Shown piece by piece: positions 50,800 to 63,060 of a DNA stretch of 64,000 nt. Below the pieces are notes generated by a model, which was not told where the DNA came from, ran no database searches, and was given only the letters and a program-made list of their open reading frames with translations. The first letter of the stretch is position 1. The number at the start of each line of letters is the position of its first letter. The position numbers were made by a program, and so were the translations under genes. Source of the DNA: Mobula hypostoma (lineage: Eukaryota); the NCBI RefSeq assembly GCF_963921235.1, contig NC_086097.1:53818001-53882000 (forward strand), written 5' to 3'.

Positions 50800-51338
50800 T
50801 TCTAGGTTATGGAGAAAGGCACAAGATAAGACTGCTGGAATCTTAGCCAAGATATTCATGGCCTCTCTAGCCACAGGCAAAGTCCCAGAGGACTGGCAAG
50901 TAACTAATGTTGTTAAAGTAGGCAAAGATTGATAATTCTGAAAATTATAGAACAGTGAGTCTCATGTGAGAGGTAGGAAAGGTATTGGAGAAGATTCTTA
51001 GGATTTACAAGCATTTGGAAAACCATAGCCAGATTTAAAATGGTCACCATGGCATTTTTCAGGCCAAGCCATGTCTTACTACTCGAATTTTTTTTTAAAA
51101 AAAGAGATGATTTAGGTGATTGATGAAGTTACAACAGTGGATTTGTTCACATGGATTTTAGTAAGATGTTTGACAAAGTAGCTCATGGGAGGCTCATCCA
51201 GAGGATTAAAATGCATAGGATCCAAGGTGACTTCCCTATTCGGATTCAGAGTTAGCTTGTTCACAGAAAACAGTTGTAATCAATGGCTGGATGTCTATCA
51301 CAGGTGGTTTTCTACAGAGAACTCTGCTTTTTGTGATG

Positions 51339-52157
51339 CAGGTCCACAATCCCTTATCCAAAATCCTTGGGGCCAGTTGCATTTCGGAATTCAGAATTTT
51401 TTCATATTTCAGACCCCCCCCCCCCACCCCCGATACCAAAAAACACATATGCTCAAGTCCCTTATTTAACCTGTCTCAGTGCGGTGGACTTCAGGACCCA
51501 GCGCACGTTCTCCCGTATACTTTAAATCATCTCTAGATTACTTATAGTACCTAATACAATGTAAATGCTATGTAAATAATTGTTATACTGTACTGTTTAG
51601 GGAATAATGACAAGAAGAAATTTTATTTCCAATGAAAACATTCAATAAAACATAAAAGTATACAGCTTCAAACAAACCGAACCAAACACATGGTAAATGA
51701 CTTATTGGAATAAATGTAGAACGTCATTGTTACTATAAAACTTCAGTAACTTGTCTTTCTGTTTATTTAAGTCATATACAGTGGCGCTCCAACACTATTT
51801 TCTTCAGTAAGACGACGCACGGACACACCACGATCAAGCTTCTGCAATAACTCCACTTTCTGCATTATTGATAGAGAAGATTCCTTCTCTTTTTCTCATT
51901 GTTACCCATGGGGGTATCTGCAGTTCCTTTTGACATTTTCACAGTGAAATTAAACACAAAGTCAACAGTGAACACAAAATATCAGCGAACAGCAAATGCA
52001 CTTGTAACCAGTACGAGCGCTGAGCCACAACTGACGTCGGGCAGCCTCTGCTAGTGCTGCCACGTCACACCTGAGTGACGTCAGCTGTTGGCGAAGAAAA
52101 CTTCGGTTTTCAGAGCTTTTTGGATTTCAGAATTTCGGATAAAGGAATGTGCACCTG
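51339..52157 (-). mobile_element. Tigger/pogo-type non-autonomous DNA transposon
   Basis: TIRs caggtccacaatcccttatcc / ggataaaggaatgtgcacctg; minus-strand HTH remnant (MSKGTADTPMGNNEKKRRNLLSINNAESGV); flanks are TG and CA rather than TA. Confidence 0.82.
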
Positions 52158-53970
52158 CATTTGCAAGTAACTTGGACTAAAACATGGATTGGTGGGTTAG
52201 TAAGTTTATAGACATCCAAAGATTAGTTGCATTGTGGATAGTAGCAAAGAATACATTTATGTCAGCATATAGATAAGTTACAATTACGGGCAGGGAAATG
52301 GCATCCAGCCAAATGTGAGCTGTTACAATTTGGAAGTTCAAAGTATAAGGTAAATTTTATTATCAATGTGCATATGTCACCTTACACAACCCTGAGATTC
52401 TTTTTCTTGTGGGCATACGCAACAAATGTATAGAATAGCAACTATATTAGAATCAATAAAAGACTGCCCAAGAGAGCTATAAATCAGAGTGCAGAAGACA
52501 ATAAACTGTGTAAATTCCAAAAGAAGAAACAATAATATAAATAAATAAGCAATAAATACCAAAAACATGAGATGAAGATTACTTGAAAGTGAGTCCAATG
52601 GTGATGGGCAAGTGAAGCTGAGTGGTTATCCCCTTCATTCAAGAGCTGGGTGGTTGAGTGGTGGTAACTGTTCCTGAACCTGGCGGTGTGAGTTCTGAGG
52701 CTCCTGTACCTTCTTCCTGATGGCAGCAGCAAGAAGAGAGCACGTCCTGGGTGGTGGGGGTCCTTGACAATGGATGCTGCTTTCCTACAGCAGCATTTCT
52801 TGTAGATGTGCTCAATGGTTGGGGGGGGCGGGAGGTGGGGTGGTCGGGGCTTTACCTGCGATGGGCTGGGCTGTATCCACTACTTTTTGCAGGATTTTCC
52901 ATTCATCGTCATTGGTGCTTCCATACCAGACTGTGATACAGCCAGTTACTATACTGTCCACCACACATCTATAGAAGTTTGTCAAAGTTTTAGATGTCAT
53001 GCCATATCTCCACAAACTCTTAAGGAAGTAGAGACCCTGCTGTGCTTTCTTCATTATTGCACTTATGTGCTGGGCCCAGGATGGGTCCTCTGAAATAACA
53101 CCGAGGAAATTAAAGTTGCTCACCCTCCACCTCTGATCCCCGGATGAGGACTGGCTCATGGACCTCTGGTCTCCTTCTCTTTAAGTCTATAATCAGCTCC
53201 TTTGTCTTGTGAATATTAATTAAGAGGTTGTTGTTATGACGTCACTCAGCCAGATTTTCAATCTCCCTTCTGTTTGCTGATTCACCACCACCTTTGATTC
53301 AGCCAACAACAGTGGTATGATCAGCAAACTTGAATATGGCATTGGAGCTGTGCTTAGCCACACAGTCGTAAGTGTAAAGCGAATAGAGCAGAGGGCTAAG
53401 CACACAGTCTTGTGGTTGCACCAAGAGATGGAGATTATTTAGGAGATGTTGTTGCCAGTCTGAACTGACTGGGGTCTGCAAGTGAGGAAAAAAGATCCAG
53501 TTGCACAAGGAAGTATTGAGATGAAGGTCTTGGAGCTTATTGATTAGTTTTGAGGGGATGATGGTATTGAATACTGAGCTTTAGTCAATAAAAAGCATCC
53601 TGATGTATGCATCTTTGCTATCCAGATGTTCCAGGGTAGTGTGAAGAGCCAATGAGATGGCATCCTTTGTGGACCTGTTGTTCCGGTAGGCAAATTGGAA
53701 CAGGCCTAAGTTGCTTCTCAGACAGAAGTTGATATGTTTCATCACCAAACTCTCAAAACACTTCATCACTGTGGGTGTAAGTGCTACTGGACAACAGTCA
53801 TTGAGGCAAGTCACCATGCTCTTCTTGGGCACTGGTATACTTGAAGCCTGCTTGAAGCAGGTGGGTAAACTGTTGAAGTGAGAGGTTAAAGATCTCAGTG
53901 AACACACCAGCCAGTTGATCAGCACAGGTACCTGGTCTGGGCCACATGCTTTTGGAGGGTTCACCCTTTT

Positions 53971-55011
53971 GCGGTGACGAGTGGGGTACCGCAAGGCTCA
54001 GTGCTGGGACCCCAGTTGTTTACAATATATATTAATGACTTGGATGAGGGAATTAAATGCAGCATCTCCAAGTTTGCGGATGACACGAAGCTGGGTGGCA
54101 GTGTTAACTGTGAGGAGGATGCTAAGAGGATGCAGGGTGACTTGGATAGGTTGGGTGAGTGGGCAAATTCATGGCAGATGCAATTTAATGTGGATAAATG
54201 TGAAGTTATCCACTTTGGTGGCAAAAATAGGAAAACAGATTATTATCCGAATGGTGGCCGATTAGGAAAAGGGGAGGTGCAACGAGACCTGGGTGTCATT
54301 ATACACCAGTCATTGAAAGTGGGCATGCAGGTACAGCAGGCAGTGAAAAAGGCGAATGGTATGCTGGCATTTATAGCGAGAGGATTCGAGTACAGGAGCA
54401 GGGAGGTACTACTGCAGTTGTACAAGGCCTTGGTGAGACCACACCTGGAGTATTGTGTGCAGTTTTGGTCCCCTAATCTGAGGAAAGACATCCTTGCCAT
54501 AGAGGGAGTACAAAGAAGGTTCACCAGATTGATTCCTGGGATGGCAGGACTTTCATATGATGAAAGACTGGATGAACTGGGCTTGTACTCGTTGGAATTT
54601 AGAAGATTGAGGGGGGATCTGATCGAAACGTATAAAATCCTAAAGGGATTGGACAGGCTAGATGCAGGAAGATTGTTCCCGATGTTGGGGAAGTCCAAAA
54701 CGAGGGGCCACAGTTTGAGGATAGAGGGGAAGCCTTTTAGGACCGAGATTAGGAAAAACTTCTTCACACAGAGAGTGGTGAATCTGTGGAATTCTCTGCC
54801 ACAGCAAACTGTTGAGGCCAGTTCATTGGCTATATTTAAGAGGGAGTTAGATATGGCCCTTGTGGCTACGGGGGTCAGTGGGTATGGAGGGAAGGCTGGG
54901 GCGGGGTTCTGAGTTGGATGATCAGCCATGATCATAATAAATGGCGGTGCAGGCTCGAAGGGCTGAATGGCCTACTCCTGCACCCATTTTCTATGTTTCT
55001 ATGTTTCTATG
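53971..55011 (+). mobile_element. Young 5'-truncated CR1 LINE with an open RT C-terminal frame
   Basis: Uninterrupted 312-aa ORF 53974-54912 ([29 protein letters not shown]); tail (tttctatg)3. Confidence 0.96.
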
Positions 55012-55403
55012 AAAGCAGCTCAGATATTGGCTTCAGAGACTGGAATCATAAGATCATTGGCGGATGTGGGAGTCTGTGTGGCTCTTTCATGTTTTAATGG
55101 TCAAAGTGAGCGTAGAAGGCATTGAGCTCATCTGAAAGTGAAGCTATGCTGTCTCCAATGTTGCCTGGTTTAACATTATAAGAGGTGATCCAGTTGCACA
55201 AGGAAGTATTCAAGCCCTGCCATAGCCATTGAGCATCCTTCATTGATTCAAATTTGGTCTGGAATGAGATGGCTTTCCAGAGATCATACCTGGATCTCTT
55301 GTAACATTTTTGGTCACCAGACTTGAATGCTTTCAGCAGATTTCTGATCTCCTGGTTTCATCCAGGGCTTCTGATTGGGGAAGACTCCGGATGATTTTGT
55401 GGC

Positions 55404-56126
55404 ACACAAAATGCTGGAGGAACTCAGTGGACCAGGCAGTATCTATGGAAAAAGAGTACAGTTAAGATGTTTCAGTCCGAGACCCTTCATCAGCACTGGG
55501 AAAAAAAGATGTGGAGTCAGAATAAGAAAGTGGGGGGGAGGGGAGGAAGAACCACAAGGTGATAGGTGAAACCGAGGGGACCGAGGGGAGGGAGGGGTGA
55601 AGTAAAGAGCTGGAAAGTTGATTGGTGAAAGAGATACAGGGATGGAGAAGTGGGAATCTACTAGGAGAGGATAGAAGGATTAGGAAGAAAGAAAAGGGGT
55701 AGGAGCACCAGATGGAGGAGATAGACAGGTAAGAGGATAAGGTGAGAGAGAGGAATGAGATTGGGGAATGGTGAAGGGGTGGCATTACCAGAAGTTCGAG
55801 AAATTGATGTTCTTCTTCACCATTCTTCACCATTCCCCATTTCCATTTTCTGCTTATCACCAATCAACTTCCCAGCTCTTTACTTCACCCCCTCCCCACC
55901 TTTGGTTTCACCTATCACCATGTGTTTCTTCCTCCCTCCCCCACTTTCTTACTCTGACTCATCTTTTTTTCCAGTCCTGATGAAGGGTCTCGGACTGAAA
56001 CATCTTGGACCAAAACATTGACTGCACTTTTTTCCATAGATGCTGCCTCACCTGCTGTGTTCCTCCAGCATTTTGTGTGTGTGTGTGTTGCTTGGATTTC
56101 CAGCATCTGCAGATTTTCTCTTGTGA
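55404..56126. mobile_element. Large fold-back Penelope element of a second subfamily
   Basis: Left arm (minus, to ~55813, including the ORF end NINFSNFW*) is inverted against the right arm plus extension; CTGATGA..GAAAC boxes on both strands; TSD atgattttgtggc (55391-55403) / atgatttagtggc (56127-56139). Confidence 0.88.
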
Positions 56127-56617
56127 ATGATTTAGTGGCGACACATTTGTCGGCAGCAGTTTTAGGAAGCCTATGACAACCATGGTGTATTCATTCAGAT
56201 CCATAAATCACCACCCAATTCACTGACTCAAAGCGATCCTGTAGCCACTACTCTGCCTCCTGCGACCATCTTTTTTGTTGTCCTGATCTCTGGAGCTTTG
56301 TTCTTTAAGCTTTGTCTGTGTGCAGGTAGAAGGGCAGAAGTAATCTGATTTACTGAAATGCGGCCTGGGCATGCAACAGTAGGCATTTCTTATCTTAGTA
56401 TAACAGTGATCTGGTATGTTGGGATCTCAGGTGCCGCAGGTTACATGCTGATGGTAAATGGGCAGGAGTTTTCTTCAAACAAGCCTGGTTGAAGTCTTTG
56501 ACTATGATTTGAAATGGATCAGAATGGACTCTTTCTTATTTGGAGACAGCATCATGCAGTATCTCAAGCACTTGATTATAGTCGGACGCTACTAGTATGT
56601 AAGCTATGACTAGGATT

Positions 56618-56941
56618 CATCATCATCATCATCATCATCATCAGGTGCTATGCCCAGTTTGAGATTTGACTGCCATGGCCCACACACTCCTGTTTCGAGT
56701 CAAGTGGATCAATTCATTGGTATTCATTTCCAGTTCTCTGGCTGCTGTCTCCATCATCATTTGTCTTTGTCTTCCTCTTGCTTTCTTCCCTTCAATCTTT
56801 CCCATAATTACCGTGCATTCTAACTCCTCTTTCCTAATCACATGTCCAATGAAGTTACGTTGCCTTTCATGATCTCATACATTATTACTCTTCTTGTGTT
56901 TGCTCTGTTCATGACATTCTCGTTAGATATTTGTATCATCC
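56618..56941 (-). mobile_element. RTE-clade LINE 3' fragment
   Basis: ORF end GKIEGKKARGRQR...TRNRSVWAM; (TGA)n tail; exact 12-bp TSD atgactaggatt at 56606-56617 and 56942-56953. Confidence 0.9.
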
Positions 56942-57869
56942 ATGACTAGGATTACAGGAGGAGAACTCTATAGATAAATAAAACAGATGGCATTTGACCT
57001 TTAGGTGTTCCAAGTCAAAGGAACATGAGTTTAACAAAACTGCCACATAAGTGTAAAACACACATCTCCTCCTTCTGTCCATTCTGTAAATCAAGAAGCC
57101 TTTGGGCCGAATCGCCGTATCTGGTGTGCCTGGAAAAAGCCATGTTTCAATCAAGCATAAAATAGAACATGCTCTCACATCTCTCCGATACAGCAATCTT
57201 GCCCTAAGGTCCTCAGTTTGGCCCTCCAGTGACTGCACATTTGCAATCTAATATAAAGAAGATCTAATATAACACTATTAATGACAAGACCTCTAACAAT
57301 ATTCATGTGCAGAGGAATCTTGGGGTCCAAATCCATAGACCGTGGTATTGGCTGCATAGATTGATAGGGTGATACAGGTGACATATGGCATTTATTAGTT
57401 GAGGCTTAACTTCAAGATTTAAGAAGTTATAAAACTCTGGTTGGGTCGCATATTGCAATAATTTCTGGTCATCCCATAAGAAAGACCCTGAGGATTTGGA
57501 GATGGTGCAGATGAGGTTTATCAGAGTGCTGCTTGGATTAAAGGGTAAGTGCTTTGAGAGGTTGGATAAACAGGTTGTTTTCTCTGGAGTGGCAGAGGCT
57601 GAGGGGAGACCTGATAAGGGGTTGATAAGATTATGAGAGGCATAGATCGAATAGACAGTTGGTATCTTTCTCCCCCAGTGTCGACATGTCTAATACTAGA
57701 AGGCATTCATTTAAGGTGAGAAATGGCGTCAGTTCATAATGGATGTGGATCAATGGATTTTTAAATAGACACACTTTTTAATATTGTAGGGAGTTAACCT
57801 TTAAGCCACAATGTCAAATATAAAATTATGCTTCTTTTATGGCATTCAATCCCAAAAGGGGTTAATGAA

Positions 57870-58128
57870 AGTAGGAAAGGAAAAGTACGTCGCATCCGGA
57901 GTTTCTCCGGTTAGCGGACAATTTCCCTCCACGCCTCTGACGTAGTGGGGAACTGCGTACAAGGCAAGTTACAGCAGTGGTTTGCCATTGCCTTCTGCTG
58001 GGTGAGTTTCCAAAGAGATCACCAACTCGTAACCCAGCACGGATGGAAAGCGTGCAGGGGAGCCGGCTGGATTCAAACTCGGGACCTTTCGTCCCGAAGT
58101 CTGGCACTGATGCCACTATGCCACCAGC
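57870..58128 (-). mobile_element. tRNA-headed SINE with an RTE-related internal motif
   Basis: Head gctggtggcatagtggcatcag...gagtttgaatccagccggctccc; contains gaaggcaatggcaaaccact; tail cttttcctttcc. Confidence 0.8.
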
Positions 58129-58274
58129 TATGTATTTTCACAAAATTAGAAAATAATGAAGAGTATGATTCATGCTTTTGCATATTATTCTTGCCTTAAG
58201 TATGAAAAGAATAAACTAGATGGTAAATAAACCCCTTTACTCTGTAAAATATTCATGTTACCAAAGAAATTAAG

Positions 58275-58490
58275 GAACAGAAATTAAACAACAGCAGTGC
58301 AGCAGAGTACAGACCCTTCCGCACATAATGATGTGCTGACTCTTTAAGCTACTTCAAGGTCAATCTAATCCTTCCCTCCCACATAGCCCTCCACCTTTCT
58401 GTGCCTATCCAAGAGTCTCTAAAATGTCCATAAACTATCTGCCTATATCACTACCCCTAGCAATAGTAATTCCATCCACTTACCATACTG
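58275..58490 (-). mobile_element. Degenerate CR1 3' end
   Basis: gtacagacccttcc...catagccctcc...tatccaagagtctct matches the CR1 3' UTR at 48160-48300. Confidence 0.7.
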
Positions 58491-58719
58491 AATTACTCAG
58501 CTATCTGATTGATATCAAACTTTAGACAATGACAAACAGAATTCTTAGGCAGAGATGATCAGCTGAATTTTTTGTGGCTTCAGAGACTAAGAGTTGTTAC
58601 TGAAACCAACCTCAGCAGAAGGCAAAATCAGTTCCTTCTGATTTACATATGGGAAGTCAAGCAGCATCTTGTTCCTTTCCGAGACCGCTTTTTGGCAGGT
58701 CAGATCATTTGGCTGTACT

Positions 58720-60905
58720 CCTACTACCTGCACACAGACAGAGCCAAAAGAGCAAGGCTCCAGAGATCAAGACAACTCAGAGGTGATCACAGAGGCAGAA
58801 GTACGGTTACAGGATTGCCTTGAGTCAGTGGACCAGGCCGTGTTCAGGAACTCATCTGAATGACTACACCAGGGTGGATACAGACTTTATTAGAAAATCT
58901 ATGGTGAGCGTGTTCCTACAAAATCATTCAGGGTTTCCCCCATTCAGCCATGGATGAACAATGAAATCCGGAACCTGCTGAGAGCCAGGTCAGAGGATTC
59001 AAGTCCAGAGATCAAGAATGCTACAAGAGGTGTAGGTATGATCTCCGGAAAGCATCTCTTGGGCAAAGTAGAGATTCCAGACTAGACCAGAATCAACGAG
59101 GGATGCTTGACAGGTGTGGCAGTGTTTCAATGTCATAAGCTCATACAATGTTAAATTTTGTGACATAGGGGTCAGCAGAGCTTCACTTCCAGATGAACTC
59201 AGAGCTCACCTTGACCACCAGAACAGGGGAGAACGATTGCACACCCCTATGATCCTTTGGTCTCAGTATCTGTAGATGACTTGCAGGCTGCCCTCAAGAG
59301 AGGGAATCCAAGGAAAGCATCCGGTCCGGGCAGAGTACCTGGCTGAGTACTGAAGATCTCTGTTGACCAAATGGCTGAAGTATTCATCGATATCTTCAAC
59401 CTCTTGCCCTCTTGCTCTGGTAGTGTGTGGTACCCCCCCCCCCCCCCGCCGCCCCGGCTTCAAGCTGGCTTCAATCACACCGGTACCCAAGAAGAGCATG
59501 GTAACCTGTCAAAATAACTATCACCCAGTGGCATTTACATCCACATGACGAAGTGTTTTGAGAGGCTGGTGTTGAAGCACATCAGCTCCTGTCTGAATGG
59601 TGACTTGGATCCGCTCCAATTCGCCTACCAAAGCAACAGGTCTACAGCAGATGCCATCTCATTGGCTCTTCACACAACGCTGGAACATCTGGACAGCAAA
59701 GGTGCATACTTCTCTTGTTCGATTACAACTCGACATTTAATATCATCATCCCCTCAAAACTAATAAGCAAGTCCAAGATCTGGGTTTCAATACACCCTTG
59801 TGCAATTGGATCCTGGATTTCCTCACTTGCAGACCCCAGTTTGAATTGGCAAAAACATCTTCTCCACAATCTCCATCAGCACAGGAGCACCACAGGGATG
59901 AGTACGTAGCCCCTGCTCGACTCACTTTACCCCTATGACTGTGTGGTTACGTACAGCTCCAACACCGTATACAAGTTTGCTAATGACACCATTGTTGTGG
60001 GCTGTATCAAAGGGGGTGATGAATCAGCATGCAAGACAGAGATTGAAAATTTGGCTTGGTGGTGTAATAACAACAACTGTTCATTCAATGTCAATAAGAC
60101 CAAGACTTGTAGACTTCAGGAAAGGGAAACCAGAGGTCCATGAGCCAGTAATCATCGGAGGATCAGAGGTGAAGAGGGTCAGTAACTTTAAATTCCTGGG
60201 TGTCACTATCTCAGGGGACCTGTCCTGAACCCATCATATAAATATAATTGCAAAGAAAGCACGACAGCATCTCTACTTCCTCAAGAGTCTGTGGAGATCT
60301 GGCATGTCATCAACAACCTTGGCAAATTTCTATAGACGTGTGGTGGAAAGTGTGCTGACTGCCTGCATTGCAGCCTGGTAGGGAAACACCAATGCCTTTG
60401 AGAGGAAAATACTACAAAAGGTAGTAGATTTGGCCCAGTACATCACAGGTAAAACCCTCCCAACCATTGTGCACATCTACATGAAACATTGCCATAGAAA
60501 AGTAGCATCCATCATCAAAGATTTCTCACCACCCAGGCCATGCTCTTTTCTCGCTGCTGCCATCAGGTAGGAGGTACAGGTGCCTCAGGACTTACACCAC
60601 CAGGTTCAAGAACAGTTACTACCCCTCAACCAACAGGCTCTTGAACAAAAGGGGATAGCTACACTCATTTAAGAACTACTTTATTTTGTTATTTCATGCT
60701 CTATATTTATTGCTATTTATTTATATCTGCATTTGCACAGTTTGTTTACAGTTCCTGATGTTTACAGTTTACAGATCCTGTTTACAGTTACTGTTCTATA
60801 GATTTGCTAACTATGCCCACAGAAAAAGAATCGCAGGGTTGTATGTGGTGATATGTATGTACTCTGATAATAAATTTTACTTTGAATTTTGAACGTTGAC
60901 TTTGA
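58720..60905 (+). mobile_element. Rex1/Babar LINE, 5'-truncated and degenerate
   Basis: ORFs 59363-59548, 59545-59763 (KCFERLVLKHI..DPLQFAYQSNRSTADAI), 59943-60143 (YKFANDTIVVG); tail actttgaattttgaac. Confidence 0.92.
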
Positions 60906-61482
60906 GCATCATGAGCTGCAACAACGTCTTCAACCTGCAGTTATGTTTACTGTATTTGAAAGAAACAACATTTAATAAGTAGAAGGGTTGATCAATTCCT
61001 GTAATCTTTGATGCAACAGACTTGGAGTGTGTTCAATATTCATTCTGCCATTGAGAAACTGGTCGTGAACCATCTTTTTGAATCAATCCAGTCAGTCTGT
61101 TGAAGTTGCTTTCATAATGCCATTGGAAAAGAATTTCTAGAATTTAAACCCATGATTGTGAAAGAACAGTAATATTTTCCTATCAAGATGGTGTGCAACC
61201 TGAGAGAACCAGTAAACAAGTGGAGCTCTGGTGCACTTGTTGACTTTGTCCTGCTCGTTGGGACAGACCCAGGTTTGGAAAGAGCTGCTGAGATAGCCCA
61301 AGAAATTATTTCCTGTGAATTCTGCAGAATGCACTGATGGTGCACCAGTAGTGGAGAGAGTTGCTGTTCAGCATGGTGGGAATAGAGTGCCCGTCAAGTT
61401 GCTTTGTCCTGGAATGTGTTGAACTTCGAAGCCAGTGTATTCCATCACACTCCAGCTTTGAAACCTGTATTTTGGAGAAGGT

Positions 61483-61755
61483 CGCAAACACGAGGAATTC
61501 TGCAGATGCTGGAAATTCAAGCAACACACATCAAAGTCGCTGGTGAACGCAGCAGGCCAGGCAGCATCTCTAGGAAGAGGTACAGTCGACGTTTTGCACC
61601 GAGACCCTTCGTCAGGACTAACTGAAGGAAGAGCTAGTAAGAACTCTTCCTTCAGTTAGTCCTGACGATGGGTCTCAGCCCGAAACGTCGACTGTACCTC
61701 TTCCTACAGATGCTGCCTGGCCTGCTGCATTCACCAGCAACTTTGATATGTGTTG
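61483..61755. mobile_element. Fold-back mini-Penelope element with hammerhead motifs on both strands
   Basis: Extension on the left; arms ~61522-61633 and ~61644-61755 are reverse complements; TSD ttttggagaaggt (61470-61482) / ttttgcagaaggt (61756-61768). Confidence 0.92.
61658..61693 (+). ncRNA. Minimal hammerhead ribozyme motif, intact core (opposite arm has GAAA>AAAA)
   Basis: agtc-CTGACGA-tgggtctcagccc-GAAA-CGTC-gact. Confidence 0.75.
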
Positions 61756-62679
61756 TTTTGCAGAAGGTAATGTTTTAAAGAGGAGAGCCATTCACAGCAG
61801 GATGCCCAGCCTCATGTGGCCATAATACTTGTGGCTAGTCCACTCGAGCTTCTGGTCACCGGTTATAGCGCTAGCTAATAGTAGTTCCATTGAAGGTCAA
61901 GGGTAACTGGACCCTTAAATTATGAATTAGTTTTTTTTTGCGATGCCAAGATCAAGGGAAGATTGGTCACTTGGCAAATGAGCTACCACACAGTTTGTCT
62001 GATCACTTAAGTGCTGTCCAATAGTGCATGTATTATCTGATAAAGAAATTTTCCCTCAAAATTGACAAATTCTGTACATGACCTTAACAAATATATAAAT
62101 GGCACTGTATCCAAGTCCCTTAATATAAATGTCATCAAAGGCAAGATAATTTCAGTGAAAGACATGGGTAATGACACAACACAACATATTCAAATAATGC
62201 TAAATTCTTAAATAAAGCTGTTCATTGAGATATGCAGGAAGAGAAGAGTACATGAAATATGGAACACAAGGACAATGAAAGAAGATGGATCTGAAGTGCA
62301 AGCCACTTTTAAAGGGTATGTTGGATTTTAATCTTTCAGCTGCATTTCAGAATATGGTTAAAATGTTTAGAACAAAAGCTTATATTTTTTGCCTTTAACT
62401 TCTTACAATCTAAACTTTGGGCATTGAGAAAAAAAATTCAGAGTTTTAAGTTCCTGTAACCCTTTATATTCAATGGCTTTGCTATCACCTGGTTTTTTCC
62501 ACCAGTGCCCTGCAGATTAAATGGATCACCATTTTTTAATTGATTCACCATAGAGAGCCTTCTGTCCATAAAATGGCAACTGCTCTAATCAATACTGCTA
62601 GAAACTGCAGAGAGTTATAGGCACTGTTCAGAACATCACAGAAACCTCTTTGTGCCTTTACACAAGGTACCTCGTCCAC

Positions 62680-63060
62680 ACCTCACTGTCTTGGTAAAGT
62701 AGTCAATGTAATACCCACCTTGAACCTTCTCCCTCTCCCTCCTCCCATCAAATGTAGAAACCTGAAAGTACCTACCACCAAGGTGACACTTGTAACAGCT
62801 TCCATCCCACTGTTTGGATGAATAGGTAATCAGCTAGTACACTAAAATGAACTCTTGACCCTATAATCTACCTTGTTATGGTCTTGCACATTATTGTCTG
62901 CCTGTACTGCAATTTCTCTGCAACTGCACTACTATACCATTGTTTTTCCCTTGTACTAGTTTAATGCACTGGTGCAATGAAATGATATGTATGGATGGCA
63001 TGCAAAACAAAGTTTTTCCACTGTATCAGGGTACATGTGACAATAATAATTCAATTTAAT
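62680..63060 (+). mobile_element. Old Rex1/Babar-type 3' end
   Basis: ccctccctcctcccatca...gcttccatcccactg...gtttttccactgtatcagggtacatgtgacaataataattcaatt. Confidence 0.65.

Larger units (their letters stand above)
52333..57250 (-). mobile_element. Long degenerate Rex1/Babar LINE with three nested insertions
   Basis: ORFs 56936-57238 (LCLIETWL, APE), 53581-53994 (PVALTPTVMKCFE..QFAYRNNRSTKDAI), 53299-53508 ([23 protein letters not shown]), 52812-53159. Confidence 0.92.
46590..57740 (+). mobile_element. Old CR1 LINE broken into four collinear pieces (46590-47092, 50808-51338, 52158-52335, ~57255-57740)
   Basis: ORF2 remnants continue in order across the inserts: DKSPRSGRIYSR | ..GKVPEDW..MDFSKMFDKV..LLFV | ..GWVSKF..KCELLQFG | ..VQRNLGVQIH. 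Confidence 0.75.

Noticed and set aside
54243..54935. 230-aa minus-strand ORF
   Set aside because: Antisense shadow of the CR1 RT frame; no independent signal.
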